This document shows, in pieces, positions 8,542 to 17,127 of a stretch of 34,382 nucleotides of DNA; positions within the stretch are counted from its first letter, which is position 1; the number at the start of each line of letters is the position of its first letter. Below the pieces are notes generated by a model. That model was not told the DNA's origin, did not search any database, and saw only the letters and a list, made by a program, of their open reading frames with translations. The translations under genes were made by a program, and so were the position numbers. Source of the stretch: Patescibacteria group bacterium (lineage in GTDB: Bacteria; Patescibacteriota; Microgenomatia; Levybacterales; UBA12049); NCBI GenBank assembly GCA_036381535.1, contig DASVCQ010000150.1, forward strand, positions 1-34,382. Direction: 5' to 3'.

Positions 8542-8619
8542 ACCAATGTTTCGTCAACATGATCCAAATCTTTTCTGATACGGATTGAAAGTAGCTTCAA
8601 GTTTTCCCTCAAAAGAGAG

Positions 8620-8641
8620 GTGGCTTGCTAGCCACTTTTTT
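8620..8641 (+). terminator. terminator-like hairpin in the rplC leader (possible attenuator)
   Basis: GTGGCT-tgct-AGCCAC followed by T6, 38 nt upstream of the rplC ATG. Confidence 0.5.
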
Positions 8642-8678
8642 GTTGGCTTTTTAAGGTATTAGTCTTATACACAAATAT

Positions 8679-9761
8679 ATGCAAGCAGTAATTGGAAAAA
8701 AATTAGAACAGACACAAAAATTCTTATCTGATGGAACTCGAATTCCAGTTACTATTGTGGCAACCCCAGGAAATCCGGTTGTCTCAATTAAGACAATGGA
8801 TAAAGATGGCTATTGGGCAATGCAACTTGGATTCGGAGAAAGAAAGCATGCCAATAAGCCACTTCTCGGACACATTAAAAAGGCGCAACTTCAGAAGGCG
8901 CCTTTTGCGTTAAGAGAGGTACGACTTACTGAAAAAGAAGCCGAGAATCTACCTGAGGCAGGCTCCACGCTTGAAGTTGCAACTGTTTTGGAAGAGGGAG
9001 ATATTGTTGATGTTACAGGAGTATCTAAAGGTAAAGGATTTGCAGGAGGCGTTAAAAGACATAATTTTAAAGGTGGTCCAAGGACTCATGGTCAGTCAGA
9101 CAGAGAGCGTGCACCTGGATCTTTAGGCCAAACTACAACTCCAGGAAGAGTTTATAAAGGTAAAAGAATGGCCGGAAAAATGGGAAATGACACTGTGACT
9201 CTTAAGAATTTGGAAATTGTTAAAATTGGATCTGACTTTGTCTGGGTTCGCGGGCTTGTTCCTGGAAAAATTGGTACTGTTGTAACTATCAAAGCAACAG
9301 GTAAAAAAAATAAAAGATTTGTTGAGGTAATGAAGACCAAAGAAGAATTGGCAGAAATTGCAGCTCAGGAAGCAAAGGCTGCTGAAGAAGCAGAAAAAGC
9401 AAGAGTATTGGCAGAGGAAGAGGCTAAAAAAGCAGCAGCCGAGGCTGAAGCTATGGCAGCCAAGGCAGCAGGGTCAGAGACGCCAGAGGAGTCAGAAGGG
9501 ACAAAAGAGACAGAGGAAGCAAAGGTAGAGGTTTCAGAGGAGACAAAGGTAGCAGAGGAAAGTTTGGAAGAGGCTAAAGAAGAAGTCGTAGAAGAAGTGA
9601 AGACAGAAGCAGTTGCCACAGAGGCAGTTGCAGAAGAGGTCAAAGCAGAGGAGACAGAAGAGACAGAGGAGACAAAAGCAGAGGGTTCGGAGGAGACAAA
9701 AGAGACAGAAGGTTCAAAAGATAAAGAAGAGACAGAAGAGACAAAGGAGGAGGCAAAATAG
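8679..9761 (+). CDS. rplC: 50S ribosomal protein L3 with a ~150-aa acidic C-terminal extension
   Basis: The canonical L3 core (FAGGVKRHNFKGGPRTHGQSDRERAPGS) is followed by an E/A/K/T-rich tail. Confidence 0.93.
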   Translation: MQAVIGKKLEQTQKFLSDGTRIPVTIVATPGNPVVSIKTMDKDGYWAMQLGFGERKHANKPLLGHIKKAQLQKAPFALREVRLTEKEAENLPEAGSTLEVATVLEEGDIVDVTGVSKGKGFAGGVKRHNFKGGPRTHGQSDRERAPGSLGQTTTPGRVYKGKRMAGKMGNDTVTLKNLEIVKIGSDFVWVRGLVPGKIGTVVTIKATGKKNKRFVEVMKTKEELAEIAAQEAKAAEEAEKARVLAEEEAKKAAAEAEAMAAKAAGSETPEESEGTKETEEAKVEVSEETKVAEESLEEAKEEVVEEVKTEAVATEAVAEEVKAEETEETEETKAEGSEETKETEGSKDKEETEETKEEAK

Positions 9762-9792
9762 TAGTTAGTATCTAGTATTTTGTATTTAGTAT

Positions 9793-10581
9793 ATGGCGAT
9801 AAAGAAAAGTACACCAAAACAAACCAAGATAGCACCAAGGTCTTCAGAAGAGCCAAAGGCAGTAAAAAAGGTTGTAGCTAAGTCAGCTATTAAAAAAGCT
9901 GAAAAAGTCGAAGCAACAATACCAGTTGCGAAAAAATCTGAATCTTTAACAGTTTCAGTATATGATGTCAAAGGCAAAGAGACAGGAAAAATGGATCTTC
10001 CAAAAGAAGTATTTGGAGCAAAAATAAATCCTGTTCTTATGGCTCAAGCTGTTAGGGTTTATTTAACCAACCAAAGGCAAGGTCGCGCAAATACCAAGTC
10101 ACGAGGAGAAGTAGACGGTTCGACAAGAAAAGTTTATAGACAAAAAGGTACAGGTCGTGCAAGACACGGTGGAATAAGGGCTCCAATCTATGTAGGTGGA
10201 GGAATTGCACACGGTCCTAAATTTAAGGATTTTGAGCTTTCTTTATCTAAAAAAATGAAAAAAGCATCACTTTTTTCTGCTCTTTCACAAATGGCAAAAG
10301 ACGGACGCATTATAGTTGTGTCTGGATTTGAAAAAATAGAGCCTAAGACAAAAGTTGCAGCGTCAGCGCTTGTTGGAATGGGGCTTTCAGGACAAAAAGC
10401 ATTGGTTGTAATGCCATCTCATCTTGAAAATGTCTTTAAAGCAGCAAGGAATATTGCAAAAATAAAAGTTTCAACGACATTACTTTTAAATACTTATGAC
10501 GTTTTGAATGGAGGCACATTAGTTATTATGAAGGAAGCAGTTGAGGGTCTAGCTGGAGCAAAAAAGGAGGCTAAAGCATAA
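9793..10581 (+). CDS. rplD: 50S ribosomal protein L4 with a ~50-aa Lys-rich N-terminal extension
   Basis: L4 core: RQGRANTKSRGEVDGSTRKVYRQKGTGRARHG. Confidence 0.92.
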   Translation: MAIKKSTPKQTKIAPRSSEEPKAVKKVVAKSAIKKAEKVEATIPVAKKSESLTVSVYDVKGKETGKMDLPKEVFGAKINPVLMAQAVRVYLTNQRQGRANTKSRGEVDGSTRKVYRQKGTGRARHGGIRAPIYVGGGIAHGPKFKDFELSLSKKMKKASLFSALSQMAKDGRIIVVSGFEKIEPKTKVAASALVGMGLSGQKALVVMPSHLENVFKAARNIAKIKVSTTLLLNTYDVLNGGTLVIMKEAVEGLAGAKKEAKA

Positions 10582-10583
10582 AT

Positions 10584-10883
10584 ATGAATGTACTTAATAT
10601 CTTAGTTAGTCCGGTTATTACAGAAAAATCAATGGCAGATGCAGAGAATAGTAAATTTACTTTTATTGTGTCTATGGACTCAGACAAGCCGACTATTCAA
10701 AAAGCAGTTGAAGCACAATTTGGAGTAAAAGTACTTGATGTTGCAACAAGTATTGTTAAAGGGAAAATAAAAAGAGTAGGAAAAAAGAGAACAGAAAAAA
10801 AATTGAATTCTATTAAGAAAGCAATTGTCACCTTGGAAAAAGGACAAAAAATAGATTTATTTGATTTGGGAGACAAGAAATAA
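10584..10883 (+). CDS. rplW: 50S ribosomal protein L23
   Basis: ILVSPVITEKS N-terminus plus synteny. The SD AAGGAGG lies inside the rplD 3' end. Confidence 0.92.
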   Translation: MNVLNILVSPVITEKSMADAENSKFTFIVSMDSDKPTIQKAVEAQFGVKVLDVATSIVKGKIKRVGKKRTEKKLNSIKKAIVTLEKGQKIDLFDLGDKK

Positions 10884-10891
10884 GGAGAAGA

Positions 10892-10912
10892 TCCTGAAAT
10901 AAATTCAGGAGG
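10892..10912 (+). promoter_or_regulatory. hairpin partly sequestering the rplB Shine-Dalgarno
   Basis: TCCTGAA-ataaa-TTCAGGA. The 3' arm overlaps AGGAGG (10907-10912). Confidence 0.4.
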
Positions 10913-10920
10913 ACAAGAGT

Positions 10921-11658
10921 ATGAAATTGAAAGTTATAAAAAAGAAAAATTCGGGTAGAAACTCAAGCGGAAGCGTTACTGTTAGGCATCAAGGTGGAGA
11001 AGAAAAACGTTTTTTGAGAAATATTGACTTTAAGCGCGATAAAAGGACACCTGGTAAGGTCGTTGCGATAGAATATGATCCTAATAGAACTTGTGACATT
11101 GCTTTGATACAATATACGGACGGTGAAAGAAGGTATATCCTTGCACCTGATGGACTTAAAGTAGGAGATACGGTCGCTGCAGGAGAAAATGTTGATACCA
11201 AAGTTGGAAATGCATTGCCTTTGTCAGCACTTCCTCTTGGATCTGTTGTCCATAACGTAGAGCTTACTCCTGGAAAGGGAGGACAATTTGCAAGAAGTGC
11301 AGGGGTTTTTGTAACTCTTGCAGCAAAAGAAGGTAAATATGCACACTTAAGAATGCCTTCAGGTGAAGTAAGACTTGTGCCTGTTACCAGTATGGCAACT
11401 GTTGGACAGGTAGGAAAAGTTACTTGGAAAAATGAAGTAATTGGTAAAGCAGGTAGGGCAAGACACATGGGTATAAGGCCAAGTGTTAGGGGAGTTGCTA
11501 TGAATCCAAGATCTCATCCTCACGGAGGAGGAGAAGGTAGGTCAGGAATCGGTCTTAAAAGACCAAAGACCTATGCAGGACGTGCAGCTGTTGGAAAAAG
11601 GAGAAATCCTAAAAAATATTCTAATAAATATATAATACAAAGGAGGAAAAAGAAATAA
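10921..11658 (+). CDS. rplB: 50S ribosomal protein L2 (shortened N-terminus)
   Basis: Has IEYDPNRTCDIALIQYTDGERRYILAP and GVAMNPRSHPHGGGEG. At 245 aa it lacks about 30 N-terminal residues of typical L2. Confidence 0.94.
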   Translation: MKLKVIKKKNSGRNSSGSVTVRHQGGEEKRFLRNIDFKRDKRTPGKVVAIEYDPNRTCDIALIQYTDGERRYILAPDGLKVGDTVAAGENVDTKVGNALPLSALPLGSVVHNVELTPGKGGQFARSAGVFVTLAAKEGKYAHLRMPSGEVRLVPVTSMATVGQVGKVTWKNEVIGKAGRARHMGIRPSVRGVAMNPRSHPHGGGEGRSGIGLKRPKTYAGRAAVGKRRNPKKYSNKYIIQRRKKK

Positions 11659-11745
11659 GTTTAAAGTAGAAAGTTAAAAGTATAGGAACTTTTATTTCTA
11701 TAAATAAAATACCTAAACTTTTCATTTTTAAGTTTTAAATTTTAA
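11659..11745 (+). repeat. AT-rich imperfect inverted repeat (AAAGTAGAAAGTT subfamily)
   Basis: Starts right after the rplB stop. Shares the 13-mer AAAGTAGAAAGTT with 16708-16720. Arms are GTTTAAAGTAGAAAGTTAAAAGTATAGG and CCTAAACTTTTCATTTTTAAGTTTTAAA. Confidence 0.55.
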
Positions 11746-11756
11746 TTTAATAAAAT

Positions 11757-12041
11757 ATGGCAAGAAGCGCAAAAAAAGGACCATACGTAGACGATAGACT
11801 CTTAAAAAAGGTCTTAAAACAAAAACAGAGTGGAGATCATTCACTTATCAAGACATGGTCAAGAGCATGTCAAATACCACCTGAATTTGTCGGACATACA
11901 ATAGGAGTACATAACGGGCGTATTTTTGTAAATGTTTTTGTTGTTGAAGGAATGGTTGGACATAGACTTGGTGAATTCGCACCAACCAGGACATTTAGAT
12001 CTCATGGAAGAATTGTCGCACGTGAGATAAGTAAGACATAA
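11757..12041 (+). CDS. rpsS: 30S ribosomal protein S19
   Basis: [11 protein letters not shown]...[10 protein letters not shown] signature. Confidence 0.95.
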   Translation: MARSAKKGPYVDDRLLKKVLKQKQSGDHSLIKTWSRACQIPPEFVGHTIGVHNGRIFVNVFVVEGMVGHRLGEFAPTRTFRSHGRIVAREISKT

Positions 12042-12078
12042 AAATAAGTCAAAAGGCAAAATTCAAAAGTCAAAAGTT
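12042..12078 (+). repeat. A-rich intergenic repeat, half element
   Basis: taaAAATAAGTCAAAAGGCAAAATTCAAAAGTCAAAAG immediately after the rpsS stop. Confidence 0.8.
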
Positions 12079-12095
12079 TGATAAGGAGAAAATAT

Positions 12096-12473
12096 ATGCA
12101 AGCAGTAGCAAAATTAAATGGAGCAAAGATTAGTCCAAGGAAAGCACAACTTGTTGCGGATGCAATAAGAGGTCTTTCTGTTATACGTGCACAGCAAATA
12201 CTTGCTGTTACCAATAAGCACGGTTCACCTATTCTGAGCAAAATATTAAGTAGTGCAGTTGCAAATGCCGTAAATAATAAAAAAATGGCAGGAGACGATT
12301 TGGTAATAAGTCAACTTTTGGTACAAAGTGGATCTTTTTTAAGGAGATTTCACTCTGCAGCAAGAGGAAGAGTAAGGCCATACACAAAAAGAACAACAAA
12401 TATTACTATGGTAGTAAGTGATGAAAAAATGAATACAAAAAAAGCAGTTAAAGAAGAGAAAGGAGAAAAATAA
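12096..12473 (+). CDS. rplV: 50S ribosomal protein L22
   Basis: MQAVAKLNGAKISPRKAQLVADAIRG. ATG 12096 with SD AAGGAGA (12083-12089). The track's TTG 12078 was rejected. Confidence 0.94.
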   Translation: MQAVAKLNGAKISPRKAQLVADAIRGLSVIRAQQILAVTNKHGSPILSKILSSAVANAVNNKKMAGDDLVISQLLVQSGSFLRRFHSAARGRVRPYTKRTTNITMVVSDEKMNTKKAVKEEKGEK

Positions 12474-12545
12474 GTTAAAAGGCAAAAATCATAAATCATA
12501 AGTGTAAGAAAATTACCTAAATTTTGACTTTTGCATTTTTAATTA
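12474..12545 (+). repeat. A-rich intergenic inverted-repeat element
   Basis: Left arm GTTAAAAGGCAAAAAT starts at the rplV stop. Right arm AAATTTTGACTTTTGCATTTTTAA is the reverse complement of the family unit. Confidence 0.7.
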
Positions 12546-12560
12546 TAAATTTTAGAAAAT

Positions 12561-13223
12561 ATGGGACAGAAAGTTAATCCACAAGTATTAAGACTTGGAA
12601 CAGTTTACAATTGGGAATCTCGCTGGTTTGATGAGCGTGAGTACAAAAAGACTCTTCTTGAGGATTACAAACTCAGAAAGGCTCTTATGGCAAAACTCAA
12701 ATTTGCAGGAGTTTCTAATATAGAAATTGAAAGATCTATTAATTCTGTAAAATTAATAATTAATGTAAGTAAGCCAGGTATGGTTATAGGTCGTGCAGGC
12801 ACAGGACTTGAAGATTTAAAGAAATTTATAATGGCAACCTTTAAGAGTGTGGATTCTAAAAAAACAGGTAAAAATGCTCCTAAAGTTGACCTTAGAGTTG
12901 AGGCAATTAAAGAGCCAAATCTTGATGCATTCTTGGTTGCTAAAAATGTTGCTGAAATGCTTGCAAAAAGACTTCCTTATAAAAGAGTCTTAAATAGTAA
13001 TGCAGAGCGTGTAATGGGAGCAGGAGCAAAGGGTGTAAGAATTGTCTTATCAGGAAGAATTGGCGGAGCAGAAATTGGAAGACGTGAGAAAATTCAGGTT
13101 GGAAAAGTACCATTATCAACAATTAGAGAGCATATCGAGTATGCATCTTATCCTTCCTTGACACAAAAAGGATATATAGGAGTTAAGGTATGGATTAATG
13201 CGCCGGAAAGAGAGGGAAATTAA
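12561..13223 (+). CDS. rpsC: 30S ribosomal protein S3
   Basis: MGQKVNPQVLRLG and KH domain GMVIGRAG. Confidence 0.95.
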   Translation: MGQKVNPQVLRLGTVYNWESRWFDEREYKKTLLEDYKLRKALMAKLKFAGVSNIEIERSINSVKLIINVSKPGMVIGRAGTGLEDLKKFIMATFKSVDSKKTGKNAPKVDLRVEAIKEPNLDAFLVAKNVAEMLAKRLPYKRVLNSNAERVMGAGAKGVRIVLSGRIGGAEIGRREKIQVGKVPLSTIREHIEYASYPSLTQKGYIGVKVWINAPEREGN

Positions 13224-13290
13224 TTCAAAAGGCAAAATGCAAAAGTCAAAATTTAGATAATTTATACTTTTGACTTTTAACTTTTGAATT
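13222..13290 (+). repeat. A-rich intergenic inverted-repeat element (two-segment hairpin)
   Basis: Outer 10 bp: AATTCAAAAG (13222-13231) pairs with CTTTTGAATT (13281-13290). Inner 11 bp: AAAAGTCAAAA (13241-13251) pairs with TTTTGACTTTT (13268-13278). The outer stem includes the last 2 nt of the rpsC stop. Confidence 0.8.
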
Positions 13291-13303
13291 TTAACTTAAA
13301 ATT

Positions 13304-13714
13304 ATGTTAGTACCAAGAAGAGTAAAATACAGAAAACAAATGAGAGGTACACGTACAGGTAATGCTTACCGAGGTACAGCAATTACTTTTGGTGACTTTG
13401 GTTTGCAGAGTCTTGAAGCGGGATGGGTAAGCAGTAGGCAAATTGAAGCAGCAAGACGCGCAATTACCCATTATATTGCAAGAGGTGGAAAAGTCTGGAT
13501 TAAAATTTTTCCTGACAAACCTATTACTAAAAAACCACCTGAAACACGTATGGGATCTGGAAAGGGTGATGTACATGAGTATGTTGCAGTTGTTAAGCCG
13601 GGAAGAATGTTATTTGAAATGGGTGGAATAACTAAAGTAGTTGCACAGGAAGCACTAAGACTTGCAGCATATAAATTGCCCGTTAAGACAAGATTTGTAA
13701 CAAAAGGAGAATAA
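13304..13714 (+). CDS. rplP: 50S ribosomal protein L16
   Basis: [15 protein letters not shown]...RMGSGKG. Confidence 0.95.
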   Translation: MLVPRRVKYRKQMRGTRTGNAYRGTAITFGDFGLQSLEAGWVSSRQIEAARRAITHYIARGGKVWIKIFPDKPITKKPPETRMGSGKGDVHEYVAVVKPGRMLFEMGGITKVVAQEALRLAAYKLPVKTRFVTKGE

Positions 13715-13715
13715 T

Positions 13716-13922
13716 ATGGTAAAAAAAACAGATAATTTTGCACAAAAAAGTGCAGCAGAATTAAAAGAAGCAGTTAAAAATTTAAGAGAAGAACTTATGA
13801 AATTAAGACTTGATCATTCAAAAAGACAGCTTGCTAAGACAAAAGATTTGACAAATAAGAGAAAAGAAATTGCAAAAGCATTAACAGCTTTGGGGCAAAA
13901 GAAAGGAGGATCTAGTAAATAA
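13716..13922 (+). CDS. rpmC: 50S ribosomal protein L29
   Basis: 68 aa with [18 protein letters not shown], plus synteny. SD AAGGAGA. Confidence 0.9.
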   Translation: MVKKTDNFAQKSAAELKEAVKNLREELMKLRLDHSKRQLAKTKDLTNKRKEIAKALTALGQKKGGSSK

Positions 13923-13993
13923 AATATAAAAAAGTAAATAGTAAATAATAATTACTTTTTACTCTTTAATATTAAATATTTACTATAAATTTT

Positions 13994-14227
13994 ATGGCAA
14001 AAGCATTAGTTGGAAAAGTAATATCAACAAAAATGACAGGAAGTGTTATTGTTGAGGTAACAAGACGCACTCCACATCCTTTGTATAAAAAACTTTTAAA
14101 AAGAAGTAAAAAATATACTGTCTCACCTGACGGTAAAGAGGTAAAAGAAGGAAATTATGTAAAGATTGTTGAAACTAAAAAGGTCGCAAAAAATAAGAAT
14201 TTCAAGATAGAGGAGGTATTAAAATAA
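13994..14227 (+). CDS. rpsQ: 30S ribosomal protein S17
   Basis: LVGKVISTKMTGSVIVEV...HPLYKK. Confidence 0.93.
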   Translation: MAKALVGKVISTKMTGSVIVEVTRRTPHPLYKKLLKRSKKYTVSPDGKEVKEGNYVKIVETKKVAKNKNFKIEEVLK

Positions 14228-14602
14228 ATGATACAACATAGATCTTTGCTAAGGTCAGCAGATAACTCTGGAGCAAAAGTCCTGAGAGTAATTCATATTT
14301 TTGGCGGATCAAAGAGAAAATTTGGATATATTGGGGATGTTTTGAACTGTGTTGTTATTGAAGCTGCTCCAAATGGACAAGTAAAAGATAGTGAAATTGT
14401 AAAAGTTGTTTTGGTGAGAGCAAGAAAAGAGACAAAAAGAAAAGACGGGTCACATATCAGATTTTCTGATAATGCAGGAGTTGTGATTGACAATGCTAAG
14501 GACAGGAATCCACGTGGAACACGTATTTTTGGACCAATAGCACGTGAAGTGAAAGACGCAGGGTTTAACAAAATTGCCAGTATGGCAATAGAAGTTGTTT
14601 AA
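14228..14602 (+). CDS. rplN: 50S ribosomal protein L14
   Basis: [17 protein letters not shown]...GPIAREV. Confidence 0.95.
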   Translation: MIQHRSLLRSADNSGAKVLRVIHIFGGSKRKFGYIGDVLNCVVIEAAPNGQVKDSEIVKVVLVRARKETKRKDGSHIRFSDNAGVVIDNAKDRNPRGTRIFGPIAREVKDAGFNKIASMAIEVV

Positions 14603-14647
14603 TTATAACGTTTGTAAAGTTATAAGGTAAAAAAGGAGAAAAAAATT

Positions 14648-14974
14648 ATGAAATTAATAAAAAATGACGAAGTAAAAGTAGTAGCAGGAAAAGATAAAGG
14701 AAAGACAGGAAAAATTGAGAAAGTCTTTTCTAAAGAAGAAAAAGTCTTAGTAACTGGTGTAAATCAGTACAAAAGGCACTTAAAAGGTGGTTATGGTGAC
14801 CAAAAGTCGGAAATTGTCACTATTACAAAACCGCTTCCTGTTGCTAATGTCCAGCTTGTTTGTCCTAAGTGTAAAAAATTAACAAGAGTAGGATACAAGG
14901 TTGAAGCAACAAAAACAAAAAGTGGAAGTACAACTAAAGTAAGAATTTGTAGAAAATGTGGAAAGGAAATATAA
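14648..14974 (+). CDS. rplX: 50S ribosomal protein L24 (with CxxC...CxxC zinc-ribbon-like C-terminus)
   Basis: KNDEVKVVAGKDKGKTGKI KOW motif, then CPKC...CRKC. Confidence 0.92.
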   Translation: MKLIKNDEVKVVAGKDKGKTGKIEKVFSKEEKVLVTGVNQYKRHLKGGYGDQKSEIVTITKPLPVANVQLVCPKCKKLTRVGYKVEATKTKSGSTTKVRICRKCGKEI

Positions 14975-14984
14975 ATTTTTTAAT

Positions 14985-15530
14985 ATGACATACGTACAAG
15001 ATAAATATCAAAAAGAAGTAATAAAAAAATTGCAAGAAGAATTGGGAATCAAAAACCCAATGGCGATTCCTGCAATAAAGAAAATAGTTGTAAATATGGG
15101 GGTTAAAAATGCAACTGCAGATAAGAAAAATATGGAGTTTGGGGCTGAAATAATGAAAGCAATAACCGGCCAAAAACCAAAAGTAACAGCAGCCAAAAAG
15201 TCTATTTCAAGCTTTAAATTGCGAGAAGGAGAGAAAATTGGCCTTATGGTAACACTTAGGGGTAACAGGATGTATGACTTTTATGGTAAACTAGTAGACG
15301 TTGTTCTGCCCCGCTTAAAAGACTTTAGAGGTGTAAGTGCTAATAGCTTTGATACAAAAGGTAATTACACAATCGGTCTTTATGAATACACTGTTTTTCC
15401 GGAAATTGACCCAGGAAAGGTTGAGAGGGTTCAGGGATTGCAGATTACAGTTGTTACCAGTGCAAAAAATAAAGAACATGCAGTTGCTTTACTTAAAGCA
15501 ATGGGTATGCCTTTTGTAAAGAATAAATAA
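14985..15530 (+). CDS. rplE: 50S ribosomal protein L5
   Basis: [10 protein letters not shown]...[19 protein letters not shown]. Start at ATG 14985. The track's GTG 14958 overlaps rplX. Confidence 0.93.
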   Translation: MTYVQDKYQKEVIKKLQEELGIKNPMAIPAIKKIVVNMGVKNATADKKNMEFGAEIMKAITGQKPKVTAAKKSISSFKLREGEKIGLMVTLRGNRMYDFYGKLVDVVLPRLKDFRGVSANSFDTKGNYTIGLYEYTVFPEIDPGKVERVQGLQITVVTSAKNKEHAVALLKAMGMPFVKNK

Positions 15531-15534
15531 AACT

Positions 15535-15720
15535 ATGGCAAAAACATCAGATATTGTAAAATTTAAAAGAAAACAGAAATTTGAAGTAAGAATGAAAAAC
15601 AAATGTAATTTGTGTGGTAGGTCCCGTGCTTATATGAGAAGATTTGGACTATGCCGTATGTGCTTTAGAGAATTAGCACAGAAAGGAGAATTGCCAGGAG
15701 TGCTTAAAGCATCTTGGTAG
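15535..15720 (+). CDS. rpsN: 30S ribosomal protein S14, type Z (zinc-binding)
   Basis: 61 aa with CNLCGR...CRMCFRE...KASW. Confidence 0.94.
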   Translation: MAKTSDIVKFKRKQKFEVRMKNKCNLCGRSRAYMRRFGLCRMCFRELAQKGELPGVLKASW

Positions 15721-15729
15721 AAATAAATT

Positions 15730-16119
15730 ATGTATCAAGTAGCAGATTTTATTATTAGACTTAAAAATGCAGCAAAAGCTAGAAGACGAGAAGTTGTTTT
15801 GCCTTATTCAAAATTAAATAAAGCAATCGGAAATGTTTTGGTAAAACAAAATTTACTCGAGTCTATAAAAGAAGTAGCTAAAGATGGAAAGAAAGATCTT
15901 GTAGCAACAATTATTTTCGATAAAAGACATGCAGTCTTCACAGAAGTTATTGTTATCTCAAAGCCATCTCTTAGAGTATATGCAGGCTCAGATGACAAGG
16001 TTTCATTAGTTGGAAGAGGACTTGGAGTAAATGTTGTTTCGACAAGTAAGGGTGTTATGACAGGACATGAAGCATTCAAGAAAGGAGTCGGAGGAGAAGT
16101 CTTATTCAAGATTTGGTAA
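15730..16119 (+). CDS. rpsH: 30S ribosomal protein S8
   Basis: ADFIIRLKNA...GGEVLFKIW. Confidence 0.94.
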   Translation: MYQVADFIIRLKNAAKARRREVVLPYSKLNKAIGNVLVKQNLLESIKEVAKDGKKDLVATIIFDKRHAVFTEVIVISKPSLRVYAGSDDKVSLVGRGLGVNVVSTSKGVMTGHEAFKKGVGGEVLFKIW

Positions 16120-16148
16120 TTCTGCAGCGCAGAATTTGAAATATAAAT

Positions 16149-16700
16149 ATGTCTAAAATAGGTAAATTACCAATAATTATAAAAGAAGGGGTTAGTGTAG
16201 CAATTGCAAATGGTGTTGTAACAATTACTGGACCAAAAGCAACGGAGTCGTATACTCTTCCAGGTGGAATTAATGCCGAGGTAGTTGAGGGGAAAATTGT
16301 TATAACTCAAGATGCAAAAACAAAAAATCTAACCAAAAATTTATTTGGTTTGACACGTGCACTTTTGGCAAATATTGTTACAGGTGTATCGGTTGGAGTT
16401 GAGAAAAAATTAGAGTTAACAGGAGTTGGATATAGAGCACAAGCAAGTGGACAGGATTTAACACTTTCTGTTGGATATTCTCATCCGGTAAAAATAAAAG
16501 CACCTGTTGGGGTTACATTTTCTGTTGCCGATAATGTAATTACAGTAAGCGGATACAATAAATCAAATGTAGGTCTTGTTGCATCTTGGGTAAGAGCTGT
16601 TAGACCTCCAGAGCCATACAAAGGTAAAGGTATTAAATACGCTGGTGAGTATATTAGAAAGAAAGCAGGAAAGGCTGCCAAAGCAGTAGGAGGTAAATAG
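16149..16700 (+). CDS. rplF: 50S ribosomal protein L6
   Basis: SKIGKLPI...GVGYRA...PEPYKGKGIKY. Confidence 0.95.
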   Translation: MSKIGKLPIIIKEGVSVAIANGVVTITGPKATESYTLPGGINAEVVEGKIVITQDAKTKNLTKNLFGLTRALLANIVTGVSVGVEKKLELTGVGYRAQASGQDLTLSVGYSHPVKIKAPVGVTFSVADNVITVSGYNKSNVGLVASWVRAVRPPEPYKGKGIKYAGEYIRKKAGKAAKAVGGK

Positions 16701-16741
16701 AGTTTATAAAGTAGAAAGTTTGTAAACCTATAAATTTAATT
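16701..16741 (+). repeat. AT-rich spacer element (AAAGTAGAAAGTT subfamily)
   Basis: AGTTTATAAAGTAGAAAGTTTGTAAACCTATAAATTTAATT directly after the rplF stop. Confidence 0.5.
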
Positions 16742-17089
16742 ATGGAAAATAAAATTGTAAGAGCAAGTAAAAGACAAAAAAGAATTAGAGCAAAAATAAC
16801 AGGATCTGAAAAGATGCCTAGACTATCTGTGCATAGGACAAATGTTTATATTTATGCTCAATTAATTGACGATTCAAAGGCAGCAACACTGATCGGTGTT
16901 TCGGAGAAAGAATTAGGAAAGACATCGGGTACAAAAATAGAAAGAGCAAAGGCTTTAGGGACACTTCTTGCAAAAAAAGCAGCAGAGAAGAAAATTAAAA
17001 AAGTCGTCTTTGATAAGGGAGAATTTAGATATCATGGACGAGTTAAAGCATTAGCAGATGGAGCAAGGGAAGGAGGACTAGAATTTTAA
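16742..17089 (+). CDS. rplR: 50S ribosomal protein L18
   Basis: RLSVHRTNVYIYAQLIDD...FDKGEFRYHGRVKALADGAREGGLEF. Confidence 0.95.
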   Translation: MENKIVRASKRQKRIRAKITGSEKMPRLSVHRTNVYIYAQLIDDSKAATLIGVSEKELGKTSGTKIERAKALGTLLAKKAAEKKIKKVVFDKGEFRYHGRVKALADGAREGGLEF

Positions 17090-17127
17090 TTTGAAATTTC
17101 AAATTTTAAATTAAAAACTAAATTAAT

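Noticed and set aside
8214-8588. 124-aa plus-strand ORF opposite the small membrane-protein gene
   Set aside because: It overlaps the candidate rplC promoter and leader. The minus-strand reading gives a cleaner two-TM protein with charged termini. I could not settle this from sequence alone, so confidence in the minus-strand call is only moderate.
9365-9856. 163-aa Ser-rich ORF antisense to the L3 tail
   Set aside because: It is an artefact of the GAG/GAA/GCA-rich repeats, whose antisense has no stops. It also spans the rplC-rplD spacer.
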